A stretch of DNA of 64,000 bases from Thermoproteota archaeon (GTDB lineage Archaea; Thermoproteota; Thermoprotei; Gearchaeales; Gearchaeaceae), in assembly GCA_032249235.1 (NCBI GenBank), contig JAVVGF010000003.1, positions 32,001-96,000 of the forward strand. The letters run 5' to 3'. Made by a program: the position numbers and the translations under genes. This document shows positions 9,923-20,999 of this stretch, in pieces. The notes under the pieces are model-generated. The model saw nothing but the letters and a program-made list of their open reading frames with translations. It searched no databases and was not told the origin of the DNA. Numbering within the stretch: the first letter of the stretch is position 1; each line of letters begins with the position of its first letter.

Positions 9923-11077
9923 TTACTTTTTTTTCTTTGGTTCTTTAGTTGCCTGTTCTGTTTCCTCAACATGAATTCCTACGCCTAGCAATTTCTTAAA
10001 GACCTCATCGATAAATCTCACGAACATTCCTTTTTGTCCAATCATAGCCCCTATTTCTTTCTTATCAACTAGCAATCTCAATGTATTTCCTGCGAAGTCG
10101 AAGTCTACTACATATTTATGAATCCAAGATACAGGATGTATTGCTCTTATTATTTCTTTTAGATCAAGGGTTAAACCGATAACTCTTAATCTTTGATTTG
10201 TTTCTTTTTCTATATTTTGAATTCTCTCTCCTTTTACTCCAACTAACCTTCCGACATGCTTTTCTTTTACTATTACCAAACCATCTGGCACGTTTTCACT
10301 TGTTATGTTGAATTTTCGCTTATATTCTGTAAGATTTACTACTGTAATTATGTCTGCATCAGGCGCATATATCTTAGCTACTTCTTTAACTTTTCTTTCA
10401 TTTTCATCTAGCTCTCTTTTTCTCATTTGCAACTCTAGTAATAATTGAACGCCTCTTTTGGCTCCAGGTCTAACGATATCTTTAATTCCCAAATCGATAA
10501 CAGTAGCAGTTTCTTCTCCAAGTAATATTTCTCTTGCTAATGAAGCTCCATCTTTTCCAAATTCAGCAGTTCTCTGAAATATTGGGTCGCCTGCTATTAT
10601 TAAACGGCTATTTCTTCCCATTCTAGTAATGATCTCTATGATTGTCTCTGCAGGAATGCTTTGAACATCATCTAAGATGATGATTGAATCATCAAAAGTT
10701 CTTCCTCTAAGAAAATGCGGGTCAGCAAGTAAAAGTTTACCATTCTTGATTAACTCCTCAATGGTTTTTTCTTCAACGAAGCCCACAAGGATGTCTTTAA
10801 GATATTCAGAAGCGTATTTGACATAATTTTCAGGTTCGTTAAATAATGTTATTTCTTTACCGCTTACAATATCTATGATAGGTCTAGATAGTATTATGCG
10901 TTTATAATTCCCTTCATTAACTGTTGAAAGAGAATAAGTTATTGCGAAGAGACTCTTACCTGTTCCGGTAGGACCAAATATGCCTATTAAATCCTTATCT
11001 GATTGTAATGCCTTCTTTAGTTCTTCCTGTCCTTTGCTTTTAGGTTCGAGTTTTTCAAAAAGATTTTCTAAGCTCAT
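9923..11077 (-). CDS. phoH: PhoH-family ATPase with C-terminal KH domains
   Basis: GPTGTGKS, FLRGRTFD, ILDDVQ. KH GxxG loops GRLVGVKG and GAMIGQKG. Confidence 0.88.
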   Translation of the reverse strand: MSLENLFEKLEPKSKGQEELKKALQSDKDLIGIFGPTGTGKSLFAITYSLSTVNEGNYKRIILSRPIIDIVSGKEITLFNEPENYVKYASEYLKDILVGFVEEKTIEELIKNGKLLLADPHFLRGRTFDDSIIILDDVQSIPAETIIEIITRMGRNSRLIIAGDPIFQRTAEFGKDGASLAREILLGEETATVIDLGIKDIVRPGAKRGVQLLLELQMRKRELDENERKVKEVAKIYAPDADIITVVNLTEYKRKFNITSENVPDGLVIVKEKHVGRLVGVKGERIQNIEKETNQRLRVIGLTLDLKEIIRAIHPVSWIHKYVVDFDFAGNTLRLLVDKKEIGAMIGQKGMFVRFIDEVFKKLLGVGIHVEETEQATKEPKKKK

Positions 11078-11124
11078 CTCTACTATATTTTATAATCAGT
11101 GATATTTGAGATCGGGGCTCTATC

Positions 11125-11928
11125 TTAATTATGAGCTAATAGCTCTACAGGCCTCCAAATTTTTTCTCCTAAGACATACGAATAGGATATCAAGAAAATA
11201 TTGAAAACGATGTAAACTTCATCTATACTCCTTGGTGCATATATCATATAGAAAGGTAAATCGATTAATTTTCTCTCATATACAGGATGGGCTTCACCCC
11301 AACCTTTGCTTATAATTTCATCTTCCCATTCTTTGGGCAAAACTAAATGCAAACTTCCATCATATGGAGGATGAATGTGAGCGAATTCAAGCCCTCCCCA
11401 CATTACTTCTCTTTTAGCATTGTTAACTTCATCTCTTATCCATGCAGCTCTTGCTCCCGGAACAGATACTAAGCTTTCACTTTCGATTATAAATGGTAGA
11501 GAGAATATAAGACTAGAGAGCATTTTGTAAATCTCTAATGAAGGATTCTGACTCAATTGCTGATGAGGCATTTTATAACTGGTTATTGGGTGCTCTCCTT
11601 CTCGCTTAGGTAAACCAAAGCATGCTAGCCAAAATGGAAACTTTGAAGCTATTTTATTCCATCCTTCTCCTTCTTTTATCTTTTCGATTTTCAAAATTTC
11701 AAAATATTTGTCTAGCACGTATTCTCTTTCCTGTGCTAATGGAGGATTGCAGTAATCTTCTTCTTCCCATCCTACCGTGCTTTCATCAATGATTCTTGCT
11801 AATCTTAAACTATGATTCATAGCTTTTCCGAAAGGCTTAATTTGAGTTATTTCATTTTTCATGAGCTTTTCATAAAGTTCATTGATCGATTTCATATAGG
11901 GTTTAGCTAAAATCAAATAGTGAGCCAT
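11125..11928 (-). CDS. Two-domain protein: uncharacterised N-terminal domain plus DUF5519/luciferase-like domain
   Basis: N-terminal WEEEDYCNPPLAQER motif. C-terminal SLVSVPGARA, EFAHIHPPYDGSLHLVLP, GWGEAHP, MIYAPRS. Confidence 0.7.
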   Translation of the reverse strand: MAHYLILAKPYMKSINELYEKLMKNEITQIKPFGKAMNHSLRLARIIDESTVGWEEEDYCNPPLAQEREYVLDKYFEILKIEKIKEGEGWNKIASKFPFWLACFGLPKREGEHPITSYKMPHQQLSQNPSLEIYKMLSSLIFSLPFIIESESLVSVPGARAAWIRDEVNNAKREVMWGGLEFAHIHPPYDGSLHLVLPKEWEDEIISKGWGEAHPVYERKLIDLPFYMIYAPRSIDEVYIVFNIFLISYSYVLGEKIWRPVELLAHN

Positions 11929-11972
11929 AATATAACTTGCTATAAAAATGTAATAAACTTAATAATTTCAGT

Positions 11973-12686
11973 TTAACTTTTCATCATTCTTGAAACAATC
12001 GTTTCAAGAGGTTCATCTTCATTTCCAAGTTTTCTCAAATCGTTGATTTTACCGCTCCATATAAGCTTTCCTTTTGCAATCATCAACACATTTTCTGCTA
12101 GTCTTGAAGCAATGGACATAATATGAGTAGAAACTAGCATTGTTGAATTCATCGAATTCAAAATTTTAATTACAATTTCTTGTGTTGGTATATCTAAATA
12201 GTTCAAAGGTTCATCGAGCAGGAGAATTTTAGGTTTATGTATTATAGCTAGTGCTATGGCTAACTTTTGTACATTACCTCTAGATAACCTTCCGACTTTT
12301 GCTTTTTCATATTCTCTCAAACTTAACAAATCTAATAATTCATCTATTCTATCATCTAGGTTTTCAACATTTCTCAAAGCACCTATGTATTCAAGATTTT
12401 CTCTAACTGAAAGTGTTCTATAAGGTTGAGCATCTTCAGGTAAATAACCCAACAGTCTTTTTGCTTCTATTGTTTCTGGCTCATAACCCATTATTTTTAT
12501 GTAGCCTTGATTAGGTCTTAATAAGCCAGCTATCAATTTAAGCGTCGTAGTCTTTCCTGCTCCGTTAGGTCCTAGCAAGGCAAATCTAGAATTAAGTGGT
12601 ATTTCGAAAGTTACATTGTCCAATGCTAAAACCTTTCCATAATATTTTGAAACTTCTCTAAATTCTATTGCTTTTAATTCATTCAT
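11973..12686 (-). CDS. ABC transporter ATP-binding protein (ABC-2 type)
   Basis: [26 protein letters not shown]. Confidence 0.92.
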   Translation of the reverse strand: MNELKAIEFREVSKYYGKVLALDNVTFEIPLNSRFALLGPNGAGKTTTLKLIAGLLRPNQGYIKIMGYEPETIEAKRLLGYLPEDAQPYRTLSVRENLEYIGALRNVENLDDRIDELLDLLSLREYEKAKVGRLSRGNVQKLAIALAIIHKPKILLLDEPLNYLDIPTQEIVIKILNSMNSTMLVSTHIMSIASRLAENVLMIAKGKLIWSGKINDLRKLGNEDEPLETIVSRMMKS

Positions 12687-13525
12687 TATTTTAAGGGTTG
12701 GTCTTCAGTTATATCCTTTTTGGATATGAATAAGATCCTTTTTGGATATGAATAAGGCATACCTAATTTCTTCAAGGTTTCTTCAATGATTCTAGGCATG
12801 TTAGAGTACAAATCAAACCAGGTCTTTCCTGCAGTCCATGCTCTTGCTTCCATTAAAATACCCTTCTCATCAAATTGTGCTACAAATACGCTTGGTGCAG
12901 GTTCTGCAAGAACATACCATTGTGCTTCAAATTCTTTAATTAACGTTTCAATAACTTTGTTTACATCGTATTCATAAGGTATTACAAATTGAACTCTCAC
13001 AAGCCTAGCTACTGAGTTGCTATAATTTATGAGTGGAGAATTAAATAATTCGCTATTCGGTATTCTTATGTAATATCCTTCCCAACTCTGTATCTTCGTA
13101 GACAATAGACCAATGTCGACAACCATTCCTATGTTGTTATTGTAATTAATGTAATCACCTATTTTGAAAGGTCTTTCTGTCATCAATAATATTCCTGCAA
13201 AGAAATTTGATAGTGTTTGCTGAGCAGCTAAACCTATAACTATAGCTGTGAAGCCTCCTGCAACTAGCAATTCAGTTAATGTTAAACCAGGTATATTTAG
13301 AAGACGTATAGCAACAGCTATGCCTATTAGAATGATTATGTAATAAACGAGTTTGTTTATGTTAGATATGATATGCGAAGGAACTTTTTCATGCAATCTT
13401 CTTCTAATCATTACTGTTAAATACTTCGCAATGATCACTGCGATGATGATAGCGATTACTGCTTCTATTACTCCTTGATATTGTATAATATAATTCCAGA
13501 AATCAGATAACGTAATAGATATCAT
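12686..13525 (-). CDS. mscS: Small-conductance mechanosensitive channel
   Basis: [25 protein letters not shown]. Confidence 0.9.
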   Translation of the reverse strand: MISITLSDFWNYIIQYQGVIEAVIAIIIAVIIAKYLTVMIRRRLHEKVPSHIISNINKLVYYIIILIGIAVAIRLLNIPGLTLTELLVAGGFTAIVIGLAAQQTLSNFFAGILLMTERPFKIGDYINYNNNIGMVVDIGLLSTKIQSWEGYYIRIPNSELFNSPLINYSNSVARLVRVQFVIPYEYDVNKVIETLIKEFEAQWYVLAEPAPSVFVAQFDEKGILMEARAWTAGKTWFDLYSNMPRIIEETLKKLGMPYSYPKRILFISKKDITEDQPLK

Positions 13526-14157
13526 GTTCCAAATTTCATCTCAAATTGGCCTCCAATTCCTTTTGAAATTGTAGTAGGAATTATTTCAGCATCCTCAATT
13601 GTCGGTTTATTCATTAATCTAACAAGCGCAAGTCCTTTTTGAAGTCTTGTAACGCGTATTCTTTCACCATAAAATTTCCCCTCTTTAGTATAAAGAGAAA
13701 AAAATTTCGTGTTAAATATTATTTTAGATATGCTACCTACGCTTCCAGCTTTGTTTATAATTTCTATTAATGTTATTGCTTCATTTACTGAAGTAATAGG
13801 TAGCACTAAAAACGCATTGGTTTTCCAGTATCTATAAATAACACCTTCTCCTATTGTACCATAAAGAGCATACTTTTTAGTATAAATTTCTATTACATCG
13901 ATTAGTTTGTAATTTGAACCATCGCTGACATATATTCCGATATCTAATGGTAACTTAACGTATAGCTTTACTTCTTGTTCTTCACCAATATATATCGGTT
14001 GTTCAAAGACTATGCCGAAATACTCTGTTATTGCTTCGTTTATACTAAGAATGGGAAATTCTTTTATTGTTAAATTACTAGGTATTTCAATTTTCTTTTC
14101 ACCTTTTTGATATACTAAATGATCTTTTTCTTTTGTGATTGAATAATTAAGCTCCAT
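13522..14157 (-). CDS. DUF432 family protein
   Basis: KLPLDIGIY, KKYALYG..GEGVIYRYW. This family is typically found next to archaeal mscS. Confidence 0.75.
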   Translation of the reverse strand: MELNYSITKEKDHLVYQKGEKKIEIPSNLTIKEFPILSINEAITEYFGIVFEQPIYIGEEQEVKLYVKLPLDIGIYVSDGSNYKLIDVIEIYTKKYALYGTIGEGVIYRYWKTNAFLVLPITSVNEAITLIEIINKAGSVGSISKIIFNTKFFSLYTKEGKFYGERIRVTRLQKGLALVRLMNKPTIEDAEIIPTTISKGIGGQFEMKFGT

Positions 14158-14182
14158 ATCAATAGCTTATTACTTCATTGAT

Positions 14183-14791
14183 TTAAAGCTTAAAAAACTC
14201 TAGAAATGCGTTATAAAGTATTATAATTGAAAAAACCAAGAGAGTTAAGAATGAAAATAATTTCACTATCATGATAGTTAATTTTCTTTTGAAGCTATAA
14301 CCCATTCTAATACTAGCTGGGAACAATATTATCCATGATAATATGGCTGAAAACAATCCAGCTACTGCAATAATTCCAAATAAAGCCATGAAGGAAAGAC
14401 CAGCTGTTAACCACCATAATATTTGGTAAGGATTAGATATGCCCAATGCTAAAGAAATTAAAAAGGTTGAGCTTTTTCTTAATGTTTCACTCGAAACTTT
14501 GTTTAATTCTTCTGTTTTGCTTGTATATATTCGAATTGCAAGATAGAGCATATAAAAGCTACCTATAAAATAAAAAGGGAACAAAGGAAGATTTTTTATT
14601 AAACTGAAAGCCATTAAAGTGAGAATCATAAAAATGAAATCTGCAGTCATAGCACCCAATCCTGTTATGAATCCTTCTTTAAAAGAATTCAATGACCTAC
14701 TAGCTATCAAAGCATTCATTGGTCCTGGAGGTGCAGCTAACGAAAATCCGTAAATATATCCTTGTAAGAAATATATGATTTCAGCTATCAT
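14183..14791 (-). CDS. LysE family translocator
   Basis: GFSLAAPPGPMNA, GAMTAD, SNPYQILWW. Confidence 0.88.
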   Translation of the reverse strand: MIAEIIYFLQGYIYGFSLAAPPGPMNALIASRSLNSFKEGFITGLGAMTADFIFMILTLMAFSLIKNLPLFPFYFIGSFYMLYLAIRIYTSKTEELNKVSSETLRKSSTFLISLALGISNPYQILWWLTAGLSFMALFGIIAVAGLFSAILSWIILFPASIRMGYSFKRKLTIMIVKLFSFLTLLVFSIIILYNAFLEFFKL

Positions 14792-14841
14792 TTTATAGCT
14801 AATAGTTCTAATATATTAAAAAATATTTCTAATTAAGAGAT

Positions 14842-15621
14842 ATGGTTGAATTAATTGATGTTCATTGTCATTTAGACGATGATGCATTCAACAAAGACCT
14901 AGATTTAGTTATAGAAAATGCGAGAAAAGTAGGAGTTACCAAAATAATCACTTCTTGTATATATGAAAAATCTCTTCAAAGAACAGAGGAGATAACCGAA
15001 AAATATAAAGGATTTGTTTTTTCAACTATTGGCTTGGACTATTCAGTATTAGATGAAGAAAGAATACAAAACGTAATGGATTTGATAAGAAAGAACAAAG
15101 ATAAGATCATTGGAATAGGCGAAGTAGGTCTAGATTTCTTCATATTTAAAAATGCTAGTTTACAAGAAAAGAACAAGGCTGTATTTAAGAAGTGGATTGA
15201 TTTTGCAATGGAAGTTGATTTACCATTAGTAGTTCATTCAAGAAGTGCTGGAAAGTATGCAATAGAAATACTCATTCAATCAGGCATAGAAAAAGTATTG
15301 ATGCATGCATTCGATGGATCAGTAGGATATGCAATACAAGGTGCAAAGCATGGCTTTTATTTTTCCATTCCTCCTTCAATCGTTAGATCTGAACAGAAGC
15401 AGAAGCTCGCAAAACATCTTTCATTAGAAAATTTAATGCTTGAAAGTGATTCGCCTGTTTTAGGTCCTGAAAGAGGAATAAGAAATACTCCTTCAAACGT
15501 CATAATATCTGCAGGCATGATATCTAAGCTTAAGAAAATACCGCTCGAAGAAGTGTGCAAAAAAACCACTTTCAATGCCAATAAACTATTCTTTGAAAAG
15601 TATTTTAAAAATACGCTTTAG
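14842..15621 (+). CDS. tatD: TatD family nuclease
   Basis: DVHCHL, GIGEVGLD, VHSR, MHAF, LESDSP. Confidence 0.92.
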   Translation: MVELIDVHCHLDDDAFNKDLDLVIENARKVGVTKIITSCIYEKSLQRTEEITEKYKGFVFSTIGLDYSVLDEERIQNVMDLIRKNKDKIIGIGEVGLDFFIFKNASLQEKNKAVFKKWIDFAMEVDLPLVVHSRSAGKYAIEILIQSGIEKVLMHAFDGSVGYAIQGAKHGFYFSIPPSIVRSEQKQKLAKHLSLENLMLESDSPVLGPERGIRNTPSNVIISAGMISKLKKIPLEEVCKKTTFNANKLFFEKYFKNTL

Positions 15622-15630
15622 TTCAATTAT

Positions 15631-16449
15631 ATGATGAAAAAAGCCTTCGATTTCTTAAATATAAATGAACTTCCTCCTAAGCCTAGAAAGAAAGGAATTG
15701 TTGAAATAAGAGGTCCATATTATACACCAGTAACTTTTAGCTATTTGAAAAGTTTGCTAGAAGACTGGGGAGAATATTTCGACGGATTTAAGTTTGCAGG
15801 GGGTTCTCAAAGATTATTGGATTATGAAAAAGTCAAAGCAATAATTAAACTATGTCATGATCACAATGTTTATGTTTCAACGGGAGGTATGATAGAAAGA
15901 GTTATAATTCAAGGAGAGAAAGCTGTTGAAAAATACTTAGAAGAATGCAAAAGCTTAGAATTTGATGTAGTAGAAATATCAAGTGGTTTCATAGAGATGC
16001 CAATAAGTTATAAAGCAAGATTGATAAAAGAAGTCCAAAAGCGTTCAATGAAAGCGAAACCTGAAGTATCGATAATGAAAGGTGCAGGAGGAGGTACGCA
16101 TGTAATAGGATATGAGATTGAAACTAGAAGCTTAGAAGATTTTCTAAGTGAATGCAAAATCTTGTTAGATAATGGAGCTGACATGCTAATGATAGAGTCT
16201 GAAGGTTTAACAGAAGATTTGCCTCCTGAAAAATGGCGAATAGATGTTATTAAACTATTAATCGAAAAATTCGGTTATGAAAAGCTAATGTTTGAAGCAG
16301 CTGATCCTCCAGTGTTTAAGTGGTATTTAAAAAATGTAGCAAAAGATGTGAATGTTTTCATAGATCATTCTCAGATAGTTGAATTCAATGCATGGCGTTT
16401 AGGATTATGGGGAGATAGAGATATTTGGAAAGGCTTTAAGCTTGAATGA
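15631..16449 (+). CDS. comA: Phosphosulfolactate synthase (ComA family)
   Basis: PKPRKKGIVEIRGPYY, KFAGGS, VEISSGF, MIESEG, FEAADP, VNVFIDHSQI..R.GLWG. Confidence 0.85.
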   Translation: MMKKAFDFLNINELPPKPRKKGIVEIRGPYYTPVTFSYLKSLLEDWGEYFDGFKFAGGSQRLLDYEKVKAIIKLCHDHNVYVSTGGMIERVIIQGEKAVEKYLEECKSLEFDVVEISSGFIEMPISYKARLIKEVQKRSMKAKPEVSIMKGAGGGTHVIGYEIETRSLEDFLSECKILLDNGADMLMIESEGLTEDLPPEKWRIDVIKLLIEKFGYEKLMFEAADPPVFKWYLKNVAKDVNVFIDHSQIVEFNAWRLGLWGDRDIWKGFKLE

Positions 16450-17675
16450 ATTACAAATACTTAATTTTAGGAGGAGGAATTGCTGGTTGTTATGCTGCTC
16501 AATCTATAAGAGAAGTAGATAAAGAAGGGAGCATCGCTATCATTTCTAAAGAAGTGCATTTACCTTATGATAGAACGGTTCTTTCAAAGGGTTATCTTCA
16601 AGGAAAGATCAAAAGAGAAAGTATTTTCATAAAAAAGAAAGATTTCTATGAAAAGAATAAGATTGAATTGATTCTAGGAAGAAAAGCTGAGAAACTAGAT
16701 GCACAAAATAAAAAGGTTAAGTTAGATGATGGTAGTTGGATAGGTTTTGATAAGTTACTAATTGCAACAGGAGGAGAACCCAGAAAGCTAAAGATAGAAG
16801 GTTCAGAATTGAAAGGGGTTTTTTATCTCAGATCTTTAGATGATTGTGATTCGATAATAGAATGGCTGAGTTCAACAAAGAAAGCTGTAATAATTGGAGG
16901 AGGTTTTATTGGATGCGAAGTAGCTTCCGTTTTAGCTTCTAAAAATATCGATACAACAATTCTAGAACTTACGCCTCATTTGCTTTCAAGAGTATTGGAT
17001 GAAGAAATGTCCATATTCATTGAGAACTTCTTAAAAAGTAAAGGAATCAAAATAATGACGAATTCTTCTGCTAGCAGAATAATTGGAGAAAATGGAAAAA
17101 TAAAAGCTGTGCAAACTAATAATGGAGATGTTATTGAAGCTGATATGGCTTTGATAGGTGTAGGGATAATTCCCAACATTGAGTTAGCAAAAGATGCAGG
17201 TGTTAAAACAGATAATGGAATAATTACAAACGAATATTTAGAAACAAGTATTCCTGATATATATGCGGCTGGAGATATTGCGTTATTCTTCAGTCCCATT
17301 TTTAACAAATATTTACGCGTAGAACATTATGATGTAGCATTAAAACATGGAAAAGTTGCAGGAAAGAATATGGCAGGTAAGAAAGAACCTTTTAATGAAT
17401 TACCTTATTTCTTTTCATACATGGCAGAATTGAGTATATATGTATATGGAGAGCTTAGCAATAAATACATAAGTGTTAGGAGAGGATTACCAGATTTGAA
17501 AAAAGGTTTTCTTAAGTTTTATTTCGAGAATGGAACTTTGAATTCAGTATTATCTGTTAATACATTCAAAGACTTAAACATTGCGAAAGAATTAATAAAA
17601 AGAAGATTTAAAGCTGAAGATATTAATATATTTTCAGATGAAAATTTCGATCTGACTAAGCTTTTAAATTTTTAA
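16446..17675 (+). CDS. FAD/NAD(P)-dependent oxidoreductase, ferredoxin-reductase-like
   Basis: GGGIAG, PYDRTVLSK, ATGG, GGGFIGCE, YAAGD, PYFFS. Confidence 0.9.
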   Translation: MNYKYLILGGGIAGCYAAQSIREVDKEGSIAIISKEVHLPYDRTVLSKGYLQGKIKRESIFIKKKDFYEKNKIELILGRKAEKLDAQNKKVKLDDGSWIGFDKLLIATGGEPRKLKIEGSELKGVFYLRSLDDCDSIIEWLSSTKKAVIIGGGFIGCEVASVLASKNIDTTILELTPHLLSRVLDEEMSIFIENFLKSKGIKIMTNSSASRIIGENGKIKAVQTNNGDVIEADMALIGVGIIPNIELAKDAGVKTDNGIITNEYLETSIPDIYAAGDIALFFSPIFNKYLRVEHYDVALKHGKVAGKNMAGKKEPFNELPYFFSYMAELSIYVYGELSNKYISVRRGLPDLKKGFLKFYFENGTLNSVLSVNTFKDLNIAKELIKRRFKAEDINIFSDENFDLTKLLNF

Positions 17676-18869
17676 TAATTTAATTTTTTGTTCATTATTA
17701 TTTACAAATCTAATTAGAGTTAACCATATTGCATCTAATACAGGTTTAGCGCTTGTAGCAATTCTTGCTTTTGAATCAATTATTTTTTCTATCATTCCAT
17801 AACTTACAATATTTCCATCTTTTTCTAAACCAACTAGCATACCTTCAAGAACTTCAATTGGAATGTAAACTGTCTTGAATGCTTCGTTTATGACGATTGA
17901 AAACTCTCTTGATGAAAATATTCTAATTTTATAACCTTCTTCACTCTCAAGACTGATCGAGCCCAATTCGTACTTTAGATTTTTATATATTCTTCCTAAG
18001 AAGCCAAAACTTAGTGTTTTCAAATCTATGTTTATTCTAGAATTCGTGGAAATGAATTTAGCATATTGCATTTCTCTTCTCAAAACTCTCGTAGTCCTAT
18101 CTTTTCCAATAGCTGGTGGTATTTTAAGATTAACAATTTCACAGTTCAAGCTTGAAAACTTTGTTTTTAATTCTTCATTTCCTATTAAAAATATGGCATT
18201 AGGATTCATTTCTTTAATTAACTTAATTTTGTATGCAATACCTGGACCTTCAATATAACCATCGGTATTGATTATTACTGTATCAACGTCTTTAAAATAT
18301 TCCAATGCTTTTTTCATGCTTTTTATTATGAGTTCTTCATCTACACTTACGTCTATTAAACCAATAGGTATAACGAAGTCTGCATATACATCCCTTAGAT
18401 CAAATATTCCTTCTTTAAGTATCTTACAACCTATAAAAGCAGGAGGAGTTAAATCAGCTTGACCTACATCGCCATCGAGAATTCCTACTTTCTTATTCAT
18501 TGATAGTGCTATGTTTGATAATAGAACTGCAAGAGTGCTTTTTCCTGAATCTGTAGGACCTAAGATCATTATTTTCTTATATTCATTCCCTATTTTTGAC
18601 TTGCATTTCTCGATTTCTTCAGCCCATATAGCATATCCTAAATCTCCTCTTCGTATTTCGTATGTCGCATCTTCGTATAACAATAATTTAATGGAAGCTG
18701 ATTCTTCAAAAGTCTCTATGGGAAGAGCTTTACCTTTCCTAATAATCAGTTCTTTAAAATCTTTTGCTAAGCAGAATACTTTACCCTGAAATGACTTAGC
18801 CGAAGCTGGTCCTCTAACCAGCAACACTTCGCCTTTATGTATTGTAACAACTTCCTCCTTCACTCTCAA
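17664..18869 (-). CDS. Clp1/Grc3 polynucleotide 5'-kinase
   Basis: GPTDSGKST, DGDVGQ, INTDGY. Confidence 0.85.
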   Translation of the reverse strand: MRVKEEVVTIHKGEVLLVRGPASAKSFQGKVFCLAKDFKELIIRKGKALPIETFEESASIKLLLYEDATYEIRRGDLGYAIWAEEIEKCKSKIGNEYKKIMILGPTDSGKSTLAVLLSNIALSMNKKVGILDGDVGQADLTPPAFIGCKILKEGIFDLRDVYADFVIPIGLIDVSVDEELIIKSMKKALEYFKDVDTVIINTDGYIEGPGIAYKIKLIKEMNPNAIFLIGNEELKTKFSSLNCEIVNLKIPPAIGKDRTTRVLRREMQYAKFISTNSRINIDLKTLSFGFLGRIYKNLKYELGSISLESEEGYKIRIFSSREFSIVINEAFKTVYIPIEVLEGMLVGLEKDGNIVSYGMIEKIIDSKARIATSAKPVLDAIWLTLIRFVNNNEQKIKLLKI

Positions 18870-19246
18870 TTAATTAATATATATGTAGAATTGATAACGT
18901 TTATCTAAAAACAACGATAACAATTTTTTAAACAAGATGCGTACATGCTTATTTAACTTAAACTATTTTTAAGAGAGATGAACAACTTGTTTAAAGTCTT
19001 GTTTATAGAGCTATTACATGACAAGTATTGATCACATCAAGTAAAAGCTAAGCTTCTGTTTTATCTGAAAATTAAGACACACTCTTTTAATAAGATTTTG
19101 TAGCTTAGCTTCTCTTGCTTATTAGCGGATATCCTTGATCTTATTTCAAGTCAGTTAACATGTTCTGAGCTTTTCAAGATAGCTAGTATTTTGTCCAAGA
19201 TATGGATCTTATAGCAATCAAAAAACTAATGACAAAAAATTCTTAT

Positions 19247-19735
19247 TTAAGAGTTAAATCGAATTATGTTTTTCGCCTCATTTAACATATCTTCTATTTT
19301 CTTAATTGACACAACTACATCATCTATTGAATATTTCTTTTCATGAAATCCCCAAACATGCAAATCATAAGCTACACTCCAACCTTCTAAAATCCAATAA
19401 CCAAGCTTTTTTGATAAAGTTTTACTAGCCTTACCCAGCAAATAAGTATACCATCTTCCTTCTCTCAGAAACTCCTCATACTCATTTGTCTTAAATTTCT
19501 CTGCTAAAGCCTTAACGACCTCCTCAGCTACTTTATACGCTTTTTCAGAAGCTTGAACCGGATCTTTCCTCTGAATATACTGTTTACATTCCTCTAAATA
19601 TCTCTCCGCATATTCTATTCTCTCCTTACTACTTTCGGTTGGATCTTCTCTGCTTAACACGTCTAATAAGACATCATTTATATCTATACCTTTCTCTTTA
19701 AGCTTCTCGATTAATTTCTCATTCACATTCAGCAT
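19247..19735 (-). CDS. PaREP1 family protein
   Basis: DPVQASEKAYKVAEE, GRWYT, LHVWGFHE. Confidence 0.92.
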   Translation of the reverse strand: MLNVNEKLIEKLKEKGIDINDVLLDVLSREDPTESSKERIEYAERYLEECKQYIQRKDPVQASEKAYKVAEEVVKALAEKFKTNEYEEFLREGRWYTYLLGKASKTLSKKLGYWILEGWSVAYDLHVWGFHEKKYSIDDVVVSIKKIEDMLNEAKNIIRFNS

Positions 19736-20000
19736 TCTCTAAAATTCTCCCTTTTAATAATACACAATGAGCAAATAAATACTTTTAGAAACCATATTGT
19801 GTTATATGATTTATATTATGTTAAGATTTTAGTTTTAAATTTTCGTAGTTCTTCATCATTCATAATTTGGATCTTTGGATTAGAGCCGTTCTCCCACCTA
19901 ATTGTTCTAAGAAGTTTGGAGTGTTTCAATTTAATTGAAATGAGGTCAAGCATGTCCATGGATGGACAAGAGAAAGTCACAAAAATTTTATTCAAGAGTT

Positions 20001-20534
20001 TTAAGACAAGTATTTTAAGAGTTTACTAGCAATGTAGTCATAGCTATTTTCACCCTGAAATCTATCAACAATATTGAAGTTTTTATCTATAATAAAATAT
20101 GTGGGTGTAGCCGTAACACCATACTTATTCATTACTTCCCCGTTTATATCATAAACATGAAGCCAATTCGTATTATATGTTCTTATAAATAAAGCTGTCC
20201 TAGCCACGTCAGTATTCGCGCTTAACATAACTGTTATTACAACAACTCCTTTACTTTGGAAGTCTTGATTTATTTGTTTGATAACACTAACCATATTTCT
20301 ACAATGAGGACACCATTCTACTGCGAACTCTAATAAAATGACTTTTCCTTTATAATCTGAAAGCTTTGCGCTACTTCCTGTCAAGCCATTTGCATCTATT
20401 ATAGGTAACTCAAAGTCGATCGCCTTGCTCGATGATGAAGTGCCTGAGAATCCTTGTAAATTTAAGACAATTATACCTGCAATAAATGCTATTATGACGA
20501 GAGCTATAATTAGATTTCTTTGTTTTTTCTTCAC
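20001..20534 (-). CDS. Membrane-anchored TlpA-like thiol-disulfide oxidoreductase
   Basis: N-terminal transmembrane helix, WCPHC, YGVTATPTYFIID. Confidence 0.88.
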   Translation of the reverse strand: MKKKQRNLIIALVIIAFIAGIIVLNLQGFSGTSSSSKAIDFELPIIDANGLTGSSAKLSDYKGKVILLEFAVEWCPHCRNMVSVIKQINQDFQSKGVVVITVMLSANTDVARTALFIRTYNTNWLHVYDINGEVMNKYGVTATPTYFIIDKNFNIVDRFQGENSYDYIASKLLKYLS

Positions 20535-20999
20535 AATTTTAATATAAATGAGCTTTATTTAAGCATGTTAAAAATACAAAGATTGCCTATCGAGATGAGG
20601 CTAAGTAAAATCTTTTCATCATAATTTAGGAATCTTCAATTTCAACATTGAAAGATTCCTCTGCAACCTTTCTAACAGTTCTAAAGTGGCGCTTAAATAT
20701 AACATCCTTAAACCTAAGCATAGATTCTCTTTGAATTTTGAAAAGTCTTCTTAGCATTCAGACTTCTTTACATGGTTCTTTTATAAATCAATCCATTTTT
20801 AATTATTTCAAAATGTCTTAAATGATCGTTTATCATATAATAAAATTCAATATTTTTCTTTAATAATCCTAAAAAAGCTTTTTTATCGCACTTCTTATAT
20901 AAAATTAACAAACAAATATTAAGAAATTTTATAAATATCTTAGAAATAAGCTTTTAAATAACTCTATTCATTATTAATTAAGTCTTTATAACCTTAGCA

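Noticed and set aside
18950-19240. Possible decayed PIN/VapC gene on the minus strand (KLSF..SILVM..DFKQV)
   Set aside because: Too degenerate to support without an alignment.
19923-19940. gtttcaatttaattgaaa, resembling the ends of a CRISPR repeat
   Set aside because: Single short palindrome with no repeat-spacer periodicity and no cas genes in the window.
20580-20800. Coding-like debris here and at 27260-27480
   Set aside because: Probably gene remnants, but no family could be identified by eye.
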